A stretch of DNA of 64,000 bases. Source: Octopus bimaculoides. Lineage: Eukaryota. The notes under the pieces are model-generated. The model did no database searches. It was given only the letters and a program-made list of their open reading frames with translations, and was not told the DNA's origin. This document shows positions 39,807 through 54,334 of this stretch, piece after piece; position 1 is the first letter of the stretch; every line of letters begins with the position of its first letter. The position numbers and the translations under genes are program-made. The stretch covers positions 33,368,774 through 33,432,773 of the forward strand of contig NC_068981.1 of NCBI RefSeq assembly GCF_001194135.2, given 5' to 3'.

Positions 39807-41975
39807 CTATATACGATGACTAGGATTTATTTTATCATCTCAGGAGTATAAAAAGCAAAGATAACCTCAAAGAGATTTGAAATCAGAATGCAGGAGGATG
39901 AAACTAAATATTCTAAAACATTCAACCCAGTTTTCCCAGAACTCATACATTTCTGACACTGTGCTATAACATCACATAATAATCCATAAAGAATTATCAA
40001 ATTTACTATTGTGCAGTAAACAGAACATATAGTGCTTTCAGCAGCCAAATCTGTCTCATATCACATAGACACTAGCATCTTTAAAAAAAAACAAAACATG
40101 TTAAATATAGTCCTATAGACATACTGTAAAAAGCAGATAAACAGATGAGACAGTCACAGCTCAAATGCCTTTGCACATAGTTTTGTTTGATAAAGGCTGA
40201 TGTGACCTAAACAACAATGTGAAGACACAATATGAAGAGTACAAGCCAATGAAGAAGCCTCTATGCAGTAGCTCAGTTTGCTAAAAGTAGCAGTCAATTC
40301 CTCTCATGCCACACCTTACAATCTTATAAAAAGGTATGGACACATTAATCCTAGATATACTGAAAAATTAGATGAAAATGTCAAAACTGGAAAGCTTTAC
40401 TTATATATTTGCTTGCTAAGGACTGGCCAAGAACAAACAACAATAACATGAAATTTACAAGTAATTCCAGTTTGGAAAATGAGGAAAGAAAGTATTAACA
40501 CACTTAAGAAGTACAATGACTGTGGGATCAAAATGTTGGGCTAGTAATGAGTTCAAAGCAATAGTGAGTCCTTTGTACATAAATCCAAGCATGCAATTTA
40601 AAAAAAATCAAACCCATATAGTTGATGTAGGATACATATAATATGCATGTGTCCTCTTTCCAGCAATCTCATAAAAATAAATGATATACATATTCTTTTT
40701 TACTCTAGACACAAGGCCTGAAATTTTGGGGGAGGGGGCCAGTAGATCAGAATTTGAACTCAGAACGTACAGACAGACAAAATACCGCTAAGCATTTCAC
40801 CCGGCATGCTAACATTTCTGCCAGCTCACTAATATATATTAAAATTAGATTTGCTATTCGTCTGAAAGGAGAAGTTATTCTCCTATGACAAAACACAACA
40901 GTGATTAACAGCATTGTTTTGATACTTGCTATGCTCATGCTTGCTTGTTTGCTTCATGCTCTTGCTTGATGAGGCTGGGGTCATCCCAGGTTAGTGGTCC
41001 CAGAGGCACATCACGCATAGAGCCAACCAGGTACACCAGTTCTCATGACAATTTATTATTTGCTTTCATTTATATATCTCAGATATAAATTGCATTCCTA
41101 TTATTCACGCAAAAACATCACTGACTCGAAACTAAAATAGCTACTGTGTTGTGTTTCAGCAGACAATTCTGCATATCTCAAAAAAAATAAAGACACTAGA
41201 GTTCAAAAATTAGAATTCTATCTCACCAAAAATCACTTATTACAATGCATAAAAACAAATGAGTGTTTATCTTGAGAAGAGATGAATTCTTCCCATAAAA
41301 ATGGGCCAGCATGAAATTTGAGAACTCACCTGTTCTTATAGCACATTCAGACTTATCTACTTATCTCAGCTGCCTTAGTTGACAGATGTCATACTAACTT
41401 CACAGGTGCATTGCAAGTAGTAGGAAGCATGTCTAGCAGTAAAAACAACTACCACAGAAATATGCAGTTTTGTAAAATAATTTTCAAGACCTACTTATGC
41501 AAGAATAAGAAACAGGATTTAAACTGAAAAACAAAAAGGTTAAAAGCAGAGTTATTGGAGAAATTTAACCTTATAATTAGACAAACTTCTTTATAATCAA
41601 TAATAATAATAATAATGATGATAATCCTTTCTACTATAGGCACAAGGCCTGGAATTGTGGAGGAGAGGACTAGTCGATTACATTGACCCCAGTCTTTCAC
41701 TAGTACTTTATTTTTCCACCCCAAAAGGATGAAAGATAAAGTTGACCTTGGTGGCAATGCTCAACTGGTACTTATTTTATCAACTCCTAAAGGATGAAAG
41801 GCAAAGTTGACCCCAGCAGAATTTGAACTCAGTGTAAAAATGGGCGAAATGCTATTAAGCATTTTGTCCAGTGTGCTAATGATTCTGCCATATTGCTGCC
41901 TTAATAATAGTAATACTATATATATACATATAGACATATAGTTCCCTTTCTACAGTTTTCTTTTTAACATTAATT

Positions 41976-42195
41976 ATCATCATCATCGTTTAACATCTGA
42001 TTTCCATGCTGGCATGGGTTGGAGAGTTTGACTGAGAACTGGCAAGCCAGGAGGCTGCACCAGGCTCCAATCTGATTTGGCAATGTTTCTACTGCTGGAT
42101 GCCCTTCCTATTGCTAACCACTATGGGAGTGTAGTAGGTGCTTTTTATGTGCCACTGGCACAGGGGCCAGTAAGGTGGCACGGGCATCGACCATG
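41976..42195 (-). mobile_element. RTE-LINE 3' tail
   Basis: (CAT)n-cgtttaacatctgatttccatgctggcatgggttgg...ggatgcccttcc; a similar copy lies at ~43441-43625. Confidence 0.82.
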
Positions 42196-44365
42196 GACTA
42201 ATCATACACCAAAAAAACAGATAGCTTATTTTTTTTATAGACTATTACCTTAACCAAAGCAAAAACAGATATATCCATTATCTACTTACAAATACAATAA
42301 ATAAAGTTAACCTCTAATCCTAGGGATTACTGCAGTTTAACTTTTGACAGAAGTAAAAACAAAGGACTATCTAATAGGAAAATAAAAAAATAACAAAATT
42401 CAGTAATAATATTTCATTACATTGGCACAAGGACACATTTTTAGAAGTGTCTTCAATTAGCTGACTCAGGACAAGTACTTACATTACAAGATATGAAAAG
42501 TAAAATGGGCTCTAATGAATTCAATATGTAAAGAAATCATTGTTATATTAATGCCCACTTTTCTATACTTGGAAAAGTAAGACAGAATTGTTTGAGGGAG
42601 ATTATAAATAACCAGACACCTTTGCTGTTGTCAACTCCCACCAGTTTCCAAGGAAGGTAATGTTTACTCATGGCGAGACATGTTTTTATGGAAGATTGGA
42701 AATGAAGGACACCACTTGTATAATGGTGATGCTCCTTTACAACTACTGCCTGATATCAAGCAAGGACACACACACACATGACAGACTTCTCTCAGATTCT
42801 GTCATCCAAATCTACTCGCAAAGCTTTAGTTGGTCCAGTGAGAATGTGTAAGACACTTGTCAAAGGTGCCACATAGTGGAATTGAACCCAAATCCAGTTA
42901 GTTGGGAAGCAAACCTCAACCACACAGATATGAATGAGCCTAAAGTGGACTAAAAGGCATTTACTGCAGTATTTTATTATTTCTACTACTTCACAAGATT
43001 ATTTGGTAATAATCATATTTATTGAATACATATATTTACCTTAGTAACACAAGAAATCTTTAGTCAATCCATAAGATTTGGAGCAGAAGCCAAGCACTTT
43101 TGTTTCTAAATTTGAACCCATTGATTTAAGAATAAATTTCTGAGCCAGTCTCAAAAATCTATTAAAATTCAATTCATGTCTAGGATGCTGCATGGTCTCG
43201 GTACTTAACTGTACTTTTACTGATTCTGGATGAACAGAAGGCAAGTTGACTTCAGCAGGATTTGAACTTAGAATGTAAAAGGTTGTAATTAAATACCAGA
43301 AGACATTTTGACCAACAGTATCAATTCTGCCTATACAGCACCTTAATGTTGGTTAGTGTTGCTATATCATACAGCAAAAGTAGAAATAAATACTCTGAAA
43401 TCAATAAGAACTATTATTCTGCATGGATTTCATTTTGGTTTTTAATCATCATCATTATCGTCATCATTTAACATCCGTTTTCCACACTGGCATGGGCACT
43501 AGCCAGTTGGAGATTTGCACCCAGCGCCAATTGTCTGTTTTGGCATGGGTTCTATGGCTGGAGACCCTTCCTAACACAAACCACTTTACAGAATGTACTG
43601 GGCAATTTTTATGTGGCACCAACATCAGTGTTAAATCAACATTTTTTTACTGTCATGAAATACAGAGTCTTCTCTTGTAGACTTGCATTTACTATTTAAA
43701 GGATGCAAAAACATGTTTGACCAGTTGCAGTTTAAATGAGTTCATAATAAGACACAAACATACCCAGAGTTGTCTGCCTTAATTGACAAATAAAAACAAT
43801 ATTAGTCTTTTGTCCATCACCACATAATTATATCTAGTTAGCTTTTTAATGCTTCCTGTATTAATTATGTTAACAAATATTCATCTATGTATTTTGAAGC
43901 CTAACTGACCACATGACATTGTATGCTTGCAACTTCCACTGAAACATTTTATTTGCCTACATCCATCTCCGTTTTGTGGTTACCATATCATAAGCAGATT
44001 TTATCTCTAGAAGTAGTTTACAGTTAAATTTCAGATATCTAAACATCAAGTTTCTAATTTTTGGATAATCCAAACAAGATCTCAAGGTCCTGTGATTATC
44101 TGATTAGCTAAATTGTGTGTAACTCGAACTCAATTATAACATAAGTGCTGCTGTTTCATCATTTGTTTACAATGATTAAAAGTGAATTCAAATTTCTGAA
44201 GAACACATAAACATTGGAGAGGTGTTCTCAACACTGGTGTCATGATCAAGTCTTTTGTTTCCAGGTATCAAAAGTACTATATACCAGGCTGCTAGTTTGA
44301 TATCAGTCAGTCATTTTAAACAATGTTAAAATAATTGTAACATTGTAAAAGTAAAAGTGACTAAC

Positions 44366-44443
44366 ATGCTGAAGAATTTAAAAGCATGGCAAAATCAATG
44401 GTATCTTCATTCATCTCTATGACTTTGTTCCAAGTATATACAT
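44366..44443 (-). CDS. Candidate 78-bp exon (VYTWNKVIEMNEDTIDFAMLLNSSA), unassigned
   Basis: ctcaattacttgtaacag acceptor, gttagt donor, phase 1-1, protein-like composition. Confidence 0.3.
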
Positions 44444-47400
44444 CTGTTACAAGTAATTGAGTTTGTTGTTGTTACCATGTCTGTGAAGAGAAAGTGAACA
44501 CCAGTGACAATCGAACAGAAAAATGAGACTTTACAATGTCTGGATTGTGGTGAAAAGGCATCAAACATTGCACAGAATACAACATTTTATTGATTGAAAA
44601 ACATAAAATCTCTTTAAACATGTTTTTATTTTTAGTTTTGTTTGTTTTTATTTTCTTCTTTTTTTACATAATTATGTTCACTATGGCTTCCTTTGTTTAC
44701 AATTAGATCAGTTATCCAAGCAAAATACTCCTTGTCTATATTGGGATAATCAAGGTCTAACAGTAGTTTAGTTTTTCTTTCATTTTCTTTCATCTTTTTT
44801 TTTTTTCAGTCATTGAACTATGGTTATGACAAGAGTTTATAGTTAATCAAGTCGACCCCAGTATTTATTTCAGTCTGGTATATATCTTATTGATCTCTAC
44901 TTTTCAAACCATTAAGCTATGGAACATAAAAGGACCACACGGACACAGGCTTTCACATTCATATATGACGAACTTCTGCACAGTTTCCAGCAACAAAATT
45001 CCATTCACAAGGCATTGGTCAGCTTGAGAATGACATTTACCCAGAGCATCATGCAGTAAGCTCAAAACTCATGTCATGTATTTACAAAGTAGACTCCTAA
45101 ATCACATGCTTATTCCTTTTTCAATTAAAATCCTGGCCTTCAAATGCCAACTTATTTACAATGATCTTTTTTCATCATAACAGTCTTTTCTGATGTTTAT
45201 CATTGCTCTTCTTGAATTAGATGTTTGTCTTAAACTTGACTTACCAACTTTATGTCGTAACTGGTTCCAGTCAGTACATATGAAAATACTTGATGCTTTG
45301 TAAGAGTATTGCATCATTTCTTACATAAATTTATGTAAATGGCCTCATTGATTTCAGTGTCTGATAAGGTTGAATTCCAATGTCATAATTTTGTTTAGAC
45401 ATACATTCTATCCCATGTTAGCAAAGATAGTCTTAATACTTTTATTTTTTTTAACCACTTTTTTTTTTTTAATAATACTGAATTCTTATAATTTGTTCTA
45501 TAAGAGAGGAATAGTCAATTGAAACCAACTAGTATTGATATTATCAACCTGAAATAAACAAGCCAATGAGAGAGTTTCTTTGTGGTTACTCAATCTAAAA
45601 ATATCAGTCAAATATCCCTCAGATTATACATTTTATTTGCTACTCAATGACCCTGCCAATTCACTTATAATTGACAAGTATTTATATCTGAAAGAAAAAA
45701 CACACTGGACTATGTAGTCCTAAATAGTCTTAAAGATACAGGATGGTTATGACTAGAACAACTTTGGCTATAGGTCATCTCAATTAAGGTTTGATGTTGA
45801 AGAAATAAAGTATAAATTTGGTCACTACAAGAATTTAACTCGGAAAATAAATATAAAATTTAAAACAAGCTAAATTCTACAAAACACTTCTCTTCCATTC
45901 CAATTCCTTCCCACACGATTGCCAAGAACTAAAATGACAATGCTACTTTCCCTCTTTTGCTCACTTAAACAAAACTCAAAATACTGAAATGTTAGATCAT
46001 CCACTCCTCATAGCAAGTGAACTTCTCAAACTCTTCTACAAACTCTACTACAAACTTATAGCTGCCAACACAAACCATCACCATTTTCATGAGATTCTAC
46101 ATTTTTACCTTCTGAAGTATTGAGTCTGGCATTCTAACATTTTTTTCATCTCATCACCTTCAGATATATTTTTATAATATTAAAAAAAAAGCATACTGAG
46201 ATAAAATTCTAGAAAAACAACTCTTTTATCAAATAGTTCTTTTTGTTTTTTTTGCTATTTAAGTTATAGATCATATCTATGCATTCTGTAATTCATAACT
46301 GAGTTATCTTTTACTGATTAAATATATCTTAATTTAAAACTAAGAATAACCTGAAAGCACTTGTAAGACTATTTTTATAAATTTTTGAAAAAATTCTACA
46401 AATAATTTTTTCATTTTCTTTTAACTTTTGACTGACTATTCGAAGTCATTAAAAAATTACAATTTTCTTTTAAAAGTCATCGTTAAAATTCTAAACTTCA
46501 TTTTCTTCAGGTATTTCTTTTCTTTTTCCTCCAGCACGTTCTTAAGCATTTTGTAACATTTGTAGTTATGATTCATTTTATTTATGTTTTATTGTTTCCA
46601 CTTGAAGTGGCAGAAAAAAAGAAAAAAAACACTACACCACATCAATGAGATATTGGTTATAGCATGTTGGTGAATTATTGTTTGCCTATCACCTAGATGT
46701 CCTTTCTTTAAACTGAAATCGTGAATGTTTGAGAATACGTGTGAGGTAGATGTATGATCACAACTATGTGAGCAGCTCACTAATGTGAAAAGCACTTGTA
46801 ATTTGCAGAAGGTCAACAGCTTTTTAGAGTTGAAGCACTTTCAGTTTTGAAGATAAAACTGGCCTCGGATAGGTTGCAGTCTCAGTTTGGTTATAAATAT
46901 GTGATCAAAAGAGATTGGGAAGCCAACCATTTGTAGCAAATTTGAATGTTTGTGCTGTTTCCTATTCTTACTTAAAGAGGGTAAAGCATTTTAAGTGTAT
47001 TTCTTTCATGTGTATATTAACTGCGTTTTGGTACTGTTAAACAAGACTAAATAATTATGTCTCCATAACAGGATTTTATCAAAGTTTAACTTCACAATAG
47101 TTCATTACTGGAGTAAGGCATCTTTCTTTTATCTATTTGTTCCACTTATTGAATTGAAGCCATGCTGGGGCACGACCTTTTAAGGTTTTAGTCAAATAAA
47201 TCAACCTTAGGAATTTTTTTTTAAAGCCTAATACTCATTCTATCAGTCGTTTCTTACCAAACTGCTAAGTTACAGGGATGTAAACAAATCACACCAGTTG
47301 TCACGCAACAGTGGGGGACGAACACAAACACACACACTCACACACACATACAGAGTGTACTGTTCTGTGATGATAAGATCAACAAAAAAGTACTCCAGCT

Positions 47401-47589
47401 GATGAGAGATAAATATTATTTAATAAACACAGTTTATCTTTTTATGTGCTAGTATTAGTTTCATGTGATGAAAGCATGCCAGACAGTATTTTGTAACACA
47501 TCTGGTGTTCCAGCACAAGCTTCAGGCACTGCCCAAATGGCATAACATACTATTTTTAGTTTGTTATGCTATATGGGCAGTGCCTGAAG

Positions 47590-47607
47590 ATTGTGCTGGG
47601 ACACCAG

Positions 47608-47703
<96 letters not shown>

Positions 47704-47885
47704 GTTTCTACCCCAGCCACTTGACAACAGTGGTGATTTGTTTACATCCAAGTAACTTAGTGATTCAGCAATAGAATAATTCACACCAATAAAATTAAAA
47801 GAAAACATGAGTACTAGGGTTGATTTGTTCAACTAAAACCTTCAAGGTGGTGCCATGCAGTCCAGTGGCTAAAACAAGAAAAGAA
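47590..47885 (+). mobile_element. 3' half of tRNA-SINE with expanded internal (TG)n
   Basis: (TG)n 47611-47704 followed by ccacttgacaac...gtaacttag...agtactagggttgatttgttcaactaaa, as in the 8109 copy. Confidence 0.75.
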
Positions 47886-48474
47886 GATAAAAGAAGACAA
47901 CTACATATTTCTAACAAGATATATAAGGAAAATATTAAAAAATGAATAATTCAACAGAACAAACAACATTGCTAAGAGTACAATCAAATATTAATCAGAA
48001 TGATATATCTATCCTATGGCAGATTCAATGAAATAAAACAAAATATCTGATGGTCATCACTGTAAAATAGAGATTTCCTTCAGATTAATGTATTAAGAAA
48101 ATTAATTCAACCATACAAACTCAAGTACTATAAATTGTTATGTAGTTTTTAGCAGTCAATACGGAAAGATAATTGTCTCAGTAAAAGTTCATGGCATTTC
48201 ATTTAGTCTTTATCATCAGTACAGTTAATATTTTAGCTATTGTTGTAAAAACAGTAGTTCACAATTTCGTTAATTGATTAGTGACATCATATATCAATCA
48301 ACATTTCAGCAATTTGGTTTTATGAAAAATGATACTAGGTCTTAAGTTAAAACACAATGAGCTGTTGGTATTGTTGACCAATATCAAAATGTGTAAAATT
48401 AAAAGCCACAACTGGACAAGTCAATAAGCACTAATCATCCTCAGAACTGGACTCTACCCACTGCAAAAATAGTA

Positions 48475-48692
48475 CAAGGGATGCTTAAAACTTTCTGAAT
48501 CTGGGTAAAAGAAAATACAGGAGGATCAGTTAATTATGATTTTATTTAACATATTTCCCTCTCAGATTCACACACTTATTGCAGCAGTCACTCAGTTTTA
48601 CTAAGCCCTGTAAAAAAAACTCATCAGGTTTGGCCTCCGACCAGGCCTTTTCATGATACCCTTAAAGCCAAGAACTTTTCTGTACTCCATCG
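48475..48692 (-). mobile_element. Mariner-derived internally deleted element (MITE)
   Basis: TA flanks, degenerate TIRs, and internal LQGLVKLSDCCNKCVNLRGKYVK* resembling a mariner transposase C-terminus. Confidence 0.6.
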
Positions 48693-49869
48693 TAAATACT
48701 CCTTGGTTCATTCCAACTAGATGTAAATAGATATCATTAGTAAGTACAGATCAGCTCACTGCTGTAAATATCACAAGTCTGTATATATGATTTCTGACAT
48801 AGGCACAAAGTTACATAAGTAAAATAACAAATAAGGAAGATGGAGAACTTCTAACAATGTGAACAGGAAAAGTTAAGTAACCTTTATATATTTCAGGCAC
48901 AAAGGCTCATCATCAGAAGTGAACAGCTTAGAAATATGAGTTTATGTAGATTCTGTATTTTGATTGCCAAACAAGCAAATATGACAGCAGCCGCAGTTTC
49001 TCAAAAATGGTGTTGCCAGTGGCCATGAAAGTCACAGTGGAGCAATAATGGATGGTTAGCTGTAGGTTGGCAGCAGTGGTGGTGAAGATAATTGTCTTGA
49101 TATTGGTAGCAATGGTGGTACATGTCACAGTATTAGAAAGTGGTAGGGAGATTATACTCAATGAAATTGAAACCAATGAATCCAGACAGATGAAAGGCAA
49201 AGGATCAGCATTAAATATTGGTTTATGTAATTTAGAAATCAACCATACTACTTAACTCTACTTCATGTTCTTGGCCCTACAAAGTAAAAGTCAAAGTGGT
49301 CTTTGGTAGAATTTGAAATCAAGATGTAAGGAAATAAAACTAAATCATGCCTTGTAAGATTTGTCATATTTAGACGAAAATAACAGCAGTGACTCAACTA
49401 TTTATCATACTTCTAAGAGATCGATAAAATACTGAGGAATTGATACCAAATCACTTAAAGGATTCTTTTCAAATGAGGAACGTATTTTTCATATATTCAA
49501 AATATAAGAATATCAGGAGCTTCTTTTGGAAATGCTGTTTAATTTGTCAAAAGTGGAAGATATGAAGATATTTTCTGTAGTGCATGGGAAGGTAACTTCT
49601 ACAGCAGAAAGGTACAGAGGTAGGTAGGTATTCAGGGAAGAAGTATGGGGAAAGTGCAAGGCTGAAGTTTTATAAGGTGGAAAAAAACAAGCTTTTTTTT
49701 CCTGAAGATGGTGAATTGGCAGAGTCATTAGAGTGTCAGACAGAACGCTTTGTAGTATTTGTTCCAACTCTTAGCACTCTGAATCCAAATACTGCCAAGG
49801 TGAACTTTGCCCTTTTTTTTCTATACAGAGTTGATTAAAAAAAAAAAAAAAGTATCAATCAAAGGTCAC

Positions 49870-51989
49870 TCTGACTGCATCTCAAGCAAGTCAGTCTGGT
49901 GTGTCTCGAACCATGCCTGTAGAGCTTATCCTGAACGGGTGATGCTTCTCAATGGCACTGCCAGACCAGGGATCTTTGGTGATTGTCCATAGGTCCTGGC
50001 CTGAAAGTTGTCCTGAACAGGCAGGTCAGGTGTACCTCGTCGACACCCAGATTCTGCCTGAGAACCTCATCGCACCTCCACTCCATTAATCCTCTATAGA
50101 ACACCTTTGTGGAATTGAAGTTACACAAGTTTGGTCCCAGACGGCAGAGTTGCTTGAGAGCAAGGTGGCACTCATGGTGCCATTCGCCTAGCCTCGGTCT
50201 CTGTTTGATCTACGACTACAGTTCGGCCAAAGAGACGAGCTGCAGGAAAGCGCGCTGCACAAACAGCGACCACACCTGTTCACCATCATCTATGAAGCCC
50301 CAGAAATGTCGCAGTTTCAGCACATGTCTGCGCATCATCAACTACAGCATGTCTAACCCTCCATTTAGCAGGTGTTGACAGCAAATGGATCACCTAACCA
50401 TCGGAATGCTTCCCTTCCACAAAAAGTGGAAGAGTATGCATTCCAGTTTGGTGATGGTAGGGTCAGGACAAGGTACGACAGTCAGACAAGAATTGATGAC
50501 AGATACAATGTACGCGTTCGCCACCTCCAGCCGACCTTTTAGGGAGAGCTTTTTCTCGTGACCCATTGCTGGGTGAGAGTGGCCACCCTAGTCATTATCT
50601 CACCCCAGTTGGAGGTCTGGACCAAACCAGACACTGAGCAATTTAATCAGTCTGTCAGTCCAGCATCCCACAATGGAGACACTGTTGGATGGCATGCGCT
50701 TGCTTCTCCAGGTGCTAAGCCACAAGGCCACTGACTTTTCCCGGTTAATTTTTGCTCCCGTTACTGCTTTGTATTCTTTTAGTGTCTCACCGACCAGGTC
50801 TATATGCCTGTGGCTCGACACTATGATGGTGACGTCGTTCACGTATACAGACACGCTGCTCTTGCGGGATGCCCCTCAGCATCACCAGCTTCCGCAGTAG
50901 TGGATCATGAGTCAATATATACAGAAGTGACAAGAGGGGGCATCCTTGACGAACTGAACGCATGATGTTAAATGGTCTGGACAGATGACCATTTATGTGA
51001 ACTACCAAGTGGATGCCGTTGTATAAGGCAGCGATCCAACCGTGAAAGATGGGACCAAAACCAGCTGCTCTAAGGTCAGCCTCCAAGTAGTGATGGGCTA
51101 CCCTATCGAAAGCTTTTGATTGATCCAAACTGATCAGCGCCCCATCCATGCCAGGTTCCTTAACTACCCTGTCTATGATGTAGTGCATCAGATGGAGGTT
51201 GTCGTCGATACTCCTACCCAGCATGGCACACGTCTGCACCTTCTCGACCAGTTTCTCAATGACAAGCACCAACCTCTCAGCTGACACTTTGGCTAAAATC
51301 TTCAAATCTGCACCTGAAGGTATCTATGACATTCGCCTGGGCTTGAAGTTATCTATGACGTTCCCCTTGTTTGGATCTTTCTTTAGCAGTACCACTGCTC
51401 CTTACTTTACAAAGATGAGGATACTCCTGTTTTGCAGCCAGTTGCAGTAGACAACTGCCAAGATGCCTCCAAACAAGTCTGGCATATGACAATAAAGTTC
51501 ATAGGGCAGACCATCCAAGCCTGGTGACTTGTCTCCCGCACAGCCTGCCATTGCATCCTGTACGTCTGCAGGTGTGATGGATCTTTTACAACACTCTGCC
51601 TCTTTTGCTGAGAGTCGTGGTAGGCTATGCAGGTATGCACTAAAGTTCACTCTGCGTTTTGACTACCAGTTGTCCCAAACAGTCAGGCAAAATGTTGTTG
51701 AAAGGCCTCACACATCCTTTCAGGCGTAAGTAATTCGCAGTCCTGTTCATCTGTCAGGGACTTAATGTTGGCTTTGTTTCCTCGTTGTGCCTCTGCCACT
51801 CGAGCCTCTCGGACGGCTCCAACTCCTTCGTTCCTCAGAGCACGCATCCTAGCTCTGACAACACATCCTTCATATTTGATGTTGAAATGTTGGTCGAGGA
51901 CCAACTTCGTTGCCAGTACGTTGGATGTAATGCCAGATCTAAGTGCCTCTTCTAATTTCTTAACTAGGTCTCTCTCCAAGATGGATAAG
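49870..51989 (-). mobile_element. L1/Tx1-clade LINE ORF2 fragment (reverse transcriptase pseudogene)
   Basis: KSPGLDGLPYELY, KILAKV..ERL, LISLDQSKAFDRV, RSVRQGCPL, YVNDVT (decayed YADD), GAKINREKS, LSLKGRLEVAN..FLWKG..NGGL; several stops and frameshifts. Confidence 0.93.
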
Positions 51990-52328
51990 ACAGAAACATA
52001 GACAGATACATACATACATACATAGGCAGACAGACGGACAGATAGATAGAAAGGCAGGCAGACAGACACAGACAGATAGATAGACAGACATATAGATAGA
52101 CAGACAGACATATATATATATATATATATATAATTGTGTTATATGAATTCATAAGAATCAAGGCACATCAACTAGTAAGACACCAGAAATGGCTAAGTAC
52201 AATAACATAGAGCTCACCTTGAATACCTCAAGTATTGACAGGATATTGTAGACATGCAAGTACCAAATACAATTTAAACCAGAGATCTAGCTCAGGTATG
52301 GGTCTTTGGTATGGCATAAGTATAACAA

Positions 52329-52597
52329 GTAAACAAAGATGATGTCTGAAATTTACAAAAGCTGCTGCAGTAGAATTTTATTCGTTTAATGCAGTCATAA
52401 AAGATTACATTGTAATATATAATCCACTGTCATCATGTAAAATATTAAACAGATAACATTTTAAACATAGACCTGGACATAACCAACATTTGCTGGACTA
52501 GTAGTGGAATATATATCATAATGTAATTTTTCATGACTGCATTAAATAAATAAAATTCTACCGAAACAGCTGTTGTAAATTTTAAATGTCATTTGCG

Positions 52598-52602
<5 letters not shown>
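52329..52602. mobile_element. Foldback/MITE-like element with ~100-bp inverted arms
   Basis: 52329-52428 and 52503-52602 are reverse complements, roughly 80-85% identical by eye, around a 74-bp spacer. Confidence 0.8.

Positions 52603-52656
<54 letters not shown>
52603..52656. repeat. (TG)n(CG)n alternating purine-pyrimidine tract
   Basis: TG run followed by cgcgcgcgcgcg. Confidence 0.92.
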
Positions 52657-52662
<6 letters not shown>

Positions 52663-53031
52663 CGCGTAATCATTATGATATTTACAGCAAAATTATATTG
52701 TTATATATATTCAGAACTGGTAAAGTAACAGACGAAACACATTGTGGTATTTAATAATGTCCATATTTTAAACGCTATCAATGTTGATTTTGCTTCCCAT
52801 ATCTCATGGAGAAGGTGCAAATAGTATCAGTAAGATACTAGGAATCAACTAAATTGACTGCAACCCTCTCATATAAATTTCTGGCCTTGTGCTTTTGTAA
52901 GAAATCAATATCGATCCAGTGAAGTTTTAATATGTAGTGAGCCCTGATATGAACACAAATGCATACATCTGAACATTTTTTTTCTTTTTGGTTAAACAAG
53001 AACTGCTATCAATTTTTAAATAGGTCTGAGC

Positions 53032-53094
53032 TGAGAACACTTGTAATTGAAGGAAATTTCTATATGAGAACACTTGTAATTGAAGGAAATTTCT
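53032..53094. repeat. Tandem duplication, 33-bp period
   Basis: tgagaacacttgtaattgaaggaaatttct occurs twice, identical, separated by ata. Confidence 0.95.
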
Positions 53095-54334
53095 GTAACA
53101 AAATAATCTGGTTCTCTTGATCATTGGAAGCTTATGGTATTTGATTGTAGGTGAAATTAGAAATAGTAAGATGCGAGCAAACAATATGTCAGAGATATGA
53201 AGCCTTGTTATAATGATTCACTGGTGTGTTCAAACATTATAATTAGATATCATACAGATTAGCAAATTTCATTTCATCTTCTGTTTTAAATTGAATCTGT
53301 CTTTTCCATTCAACTGTGAAATACTTTATTAATTAAATCATGCTAACATCAAATGAAAAAACAAAAGAAAAAATATTAATTATAACAAGTTATTTTCATT
53401 TTTTGATAATACAAATATATTCTTCTTGTTCTTATATTATAAATGTTTACCACTGCCATGTTCCAAATATTTTTTCATGCACTATACTGGTGGGCAGATG
53501 TTATTCTTTGTATCATACTCTGCTAGTATTTTTCCATTAATCCTTTATTACAATAAACAAGGGAATGGCTTTACCAATACAAATTTCAACCAATCTGTGT
53601 TACAACCTGTATTTAAAGTGATTTCCCATAAAATTATCTATCTCGAACACTGTCAGCTTTATTTTCATTAATCTGATAAAAATCAGTTTTTCAATACCAA
53701 TTGACTATAACTATTAACACATTTATGTATGATAGAATAGATATATATATATTTTTTAAAATACAACTAAGAAGAAAATGCATTGGATCGATAATATAGA
53801 GAATTTTAAAATGTAAAATATTAAAACATCAAATTCAAAAGGAATGCGAATGCAATAGAAGCAAACTGATGTAGGGTAAATATAAACCGTTCATATTCAC
53901 TAGTCTAGAGGTAAACAGCTAAATTCAAATAAACAACTGAGCTATTTCAAGAATGTTCTATTTTATTATTGAGAATATAATAGATTTGTTCTTACAATCA
54001 AAGAATGAGATTTATAAAAAGAAAACTATTTTAAAAAGTGACCTCGAGAAATCTCTTCTATATTCACTTCTGAGAGTGGAATGAGAGAATAATAATTTTA
54101 AAAAAAAGTATCTAAAACAATTTATTGCAAAAATATTATTAAATGCCATTATCAATTATGAAAGGTATATTAAAACCACATCTTCTGAAATCAAGTATTA
54201 GCTCATAAATTTTCATGTGTGAGATATTGACATAAAGCAAACCAGAAAAGGAAATAATCCAACTTTTGATTTTCAAAAGTTATCGTGCAGTTTCAGGCAA
54301 TGTACTTCAGAAATATATCAGCCACGCCTGCATA

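Noticed and set aside
41330-41435. Minus-strand segment with strong acceptor and gtgagt donor
   Set aside because: All three frames contain stops across the full exon; at best non-coding or poison exon.
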